A stretch of DNA of 64,000 nucleotides. It comes from Vicugna vicugna (taxonomy: Eukaryota). The stretch spans positions 3,871,668-3,935,667 of the forward strand of contig MU057887.1 in the NCBI GenBank assembly GCA_013265495.1, in the 5' to 3' direction. This document shows positions 63,501 through 64,000 of this stretch, one piece after another. The notes under the pieces are model-generated. The model searched no databases. It was given only the letters and a program-made list of their open reading frames with translations, and was not told the DNA's origin. How positions within the stretch are numbered: position 1 is the first letter of the stretch; every line of letters begins with the position of its first letter. Position numbers and translations under genes: made by a program.

Positions 63501-64000
63501 AAGGCCAGCTGGCTGCACAGCCACCTAGGAGCAGGGGTGGGGCAAGGCGGGGCTCTAGGGACACACTGACGTCTGGCCTGAGCCTTGTCTAGTCTGAGCC
63601 TTGCGTCAGCACCGGGAGAGGCTCCCACAGGACCCCTCCCAGGTAGAGGATGTCACCTCCTCCTCCCCACCAGCCCTGGCTCCTGGGGCTGGGTTCCTCC
63701 CTGCACCAGCATAGACTGTGGGCCAGAATGCCCACCCCCAGCCCTCCCTCTGCAGTCTGCTGGGTTCTGGGTCTCAGACCTGAAAAGTCACCCCTGGTGA
63801 CTGAATGAGAAGTGGCAGTAAGAAGGTCAAAGGCCTGAGACCCAAGGCCAAGGGGAGTATGCCCAGAGAAACCCCAGGACTTTCCTGCCACCAGTCTTGG
63901 GGGGCTCGGTCCCACCTCCCCCATCCTGTGGCCTCCCACTGCTTCCATCTCAGTGCATCCAGGCCACCTCTCAGCCCTCTTCTGAGGCCTGCAGTCACCA

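Overview
Mammalian genomic DNA, very GC-rich over most of its length. It is probably a camelid, judged from a Vic-1-like tRNA-derived SINE. The gene order matches the block I recall from human 22q13.33. Five intron-containing genes lie head-to-tail on the minus strand: PLXNB2 (coding exons 42304-55708), MAPK11/p38-beta (31766-34674, coding exon 1 not found), MAPK12/p38-gamma (20258-28438, complete, 367 aa), HDAC10 (12572-17512, complete, 670 aa) and the first three exons of TUBGCP6 (6505-11910, continuing off the left edge). TUBGCP6 intron 3 holds nested LINE-1 elements, a possible solo LTR and a 710-nt assembly gap. I derived exon boundaries by hand from GT-AG sites and frame continuity. Two structural anomalies stand out. 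PLXNB2 coding exon 7 has lost its 3' half and donor site, which frameshifts the gene as assembled. The whole first coding exon of MAPK11 is absent at a GC-rich (CCCCG)n stretch. Both are more likely assembly collapses than real knockouts, but raw reads are needed to decide. Both p38 paralogs carry a U12-type intron at the same position. I found no evidence of a novel biological system. Most ORFs in the supplied track are GC-rich noise or antisense shadows of exons. Comparisons to human proteins are from memory and should be re-aligned.
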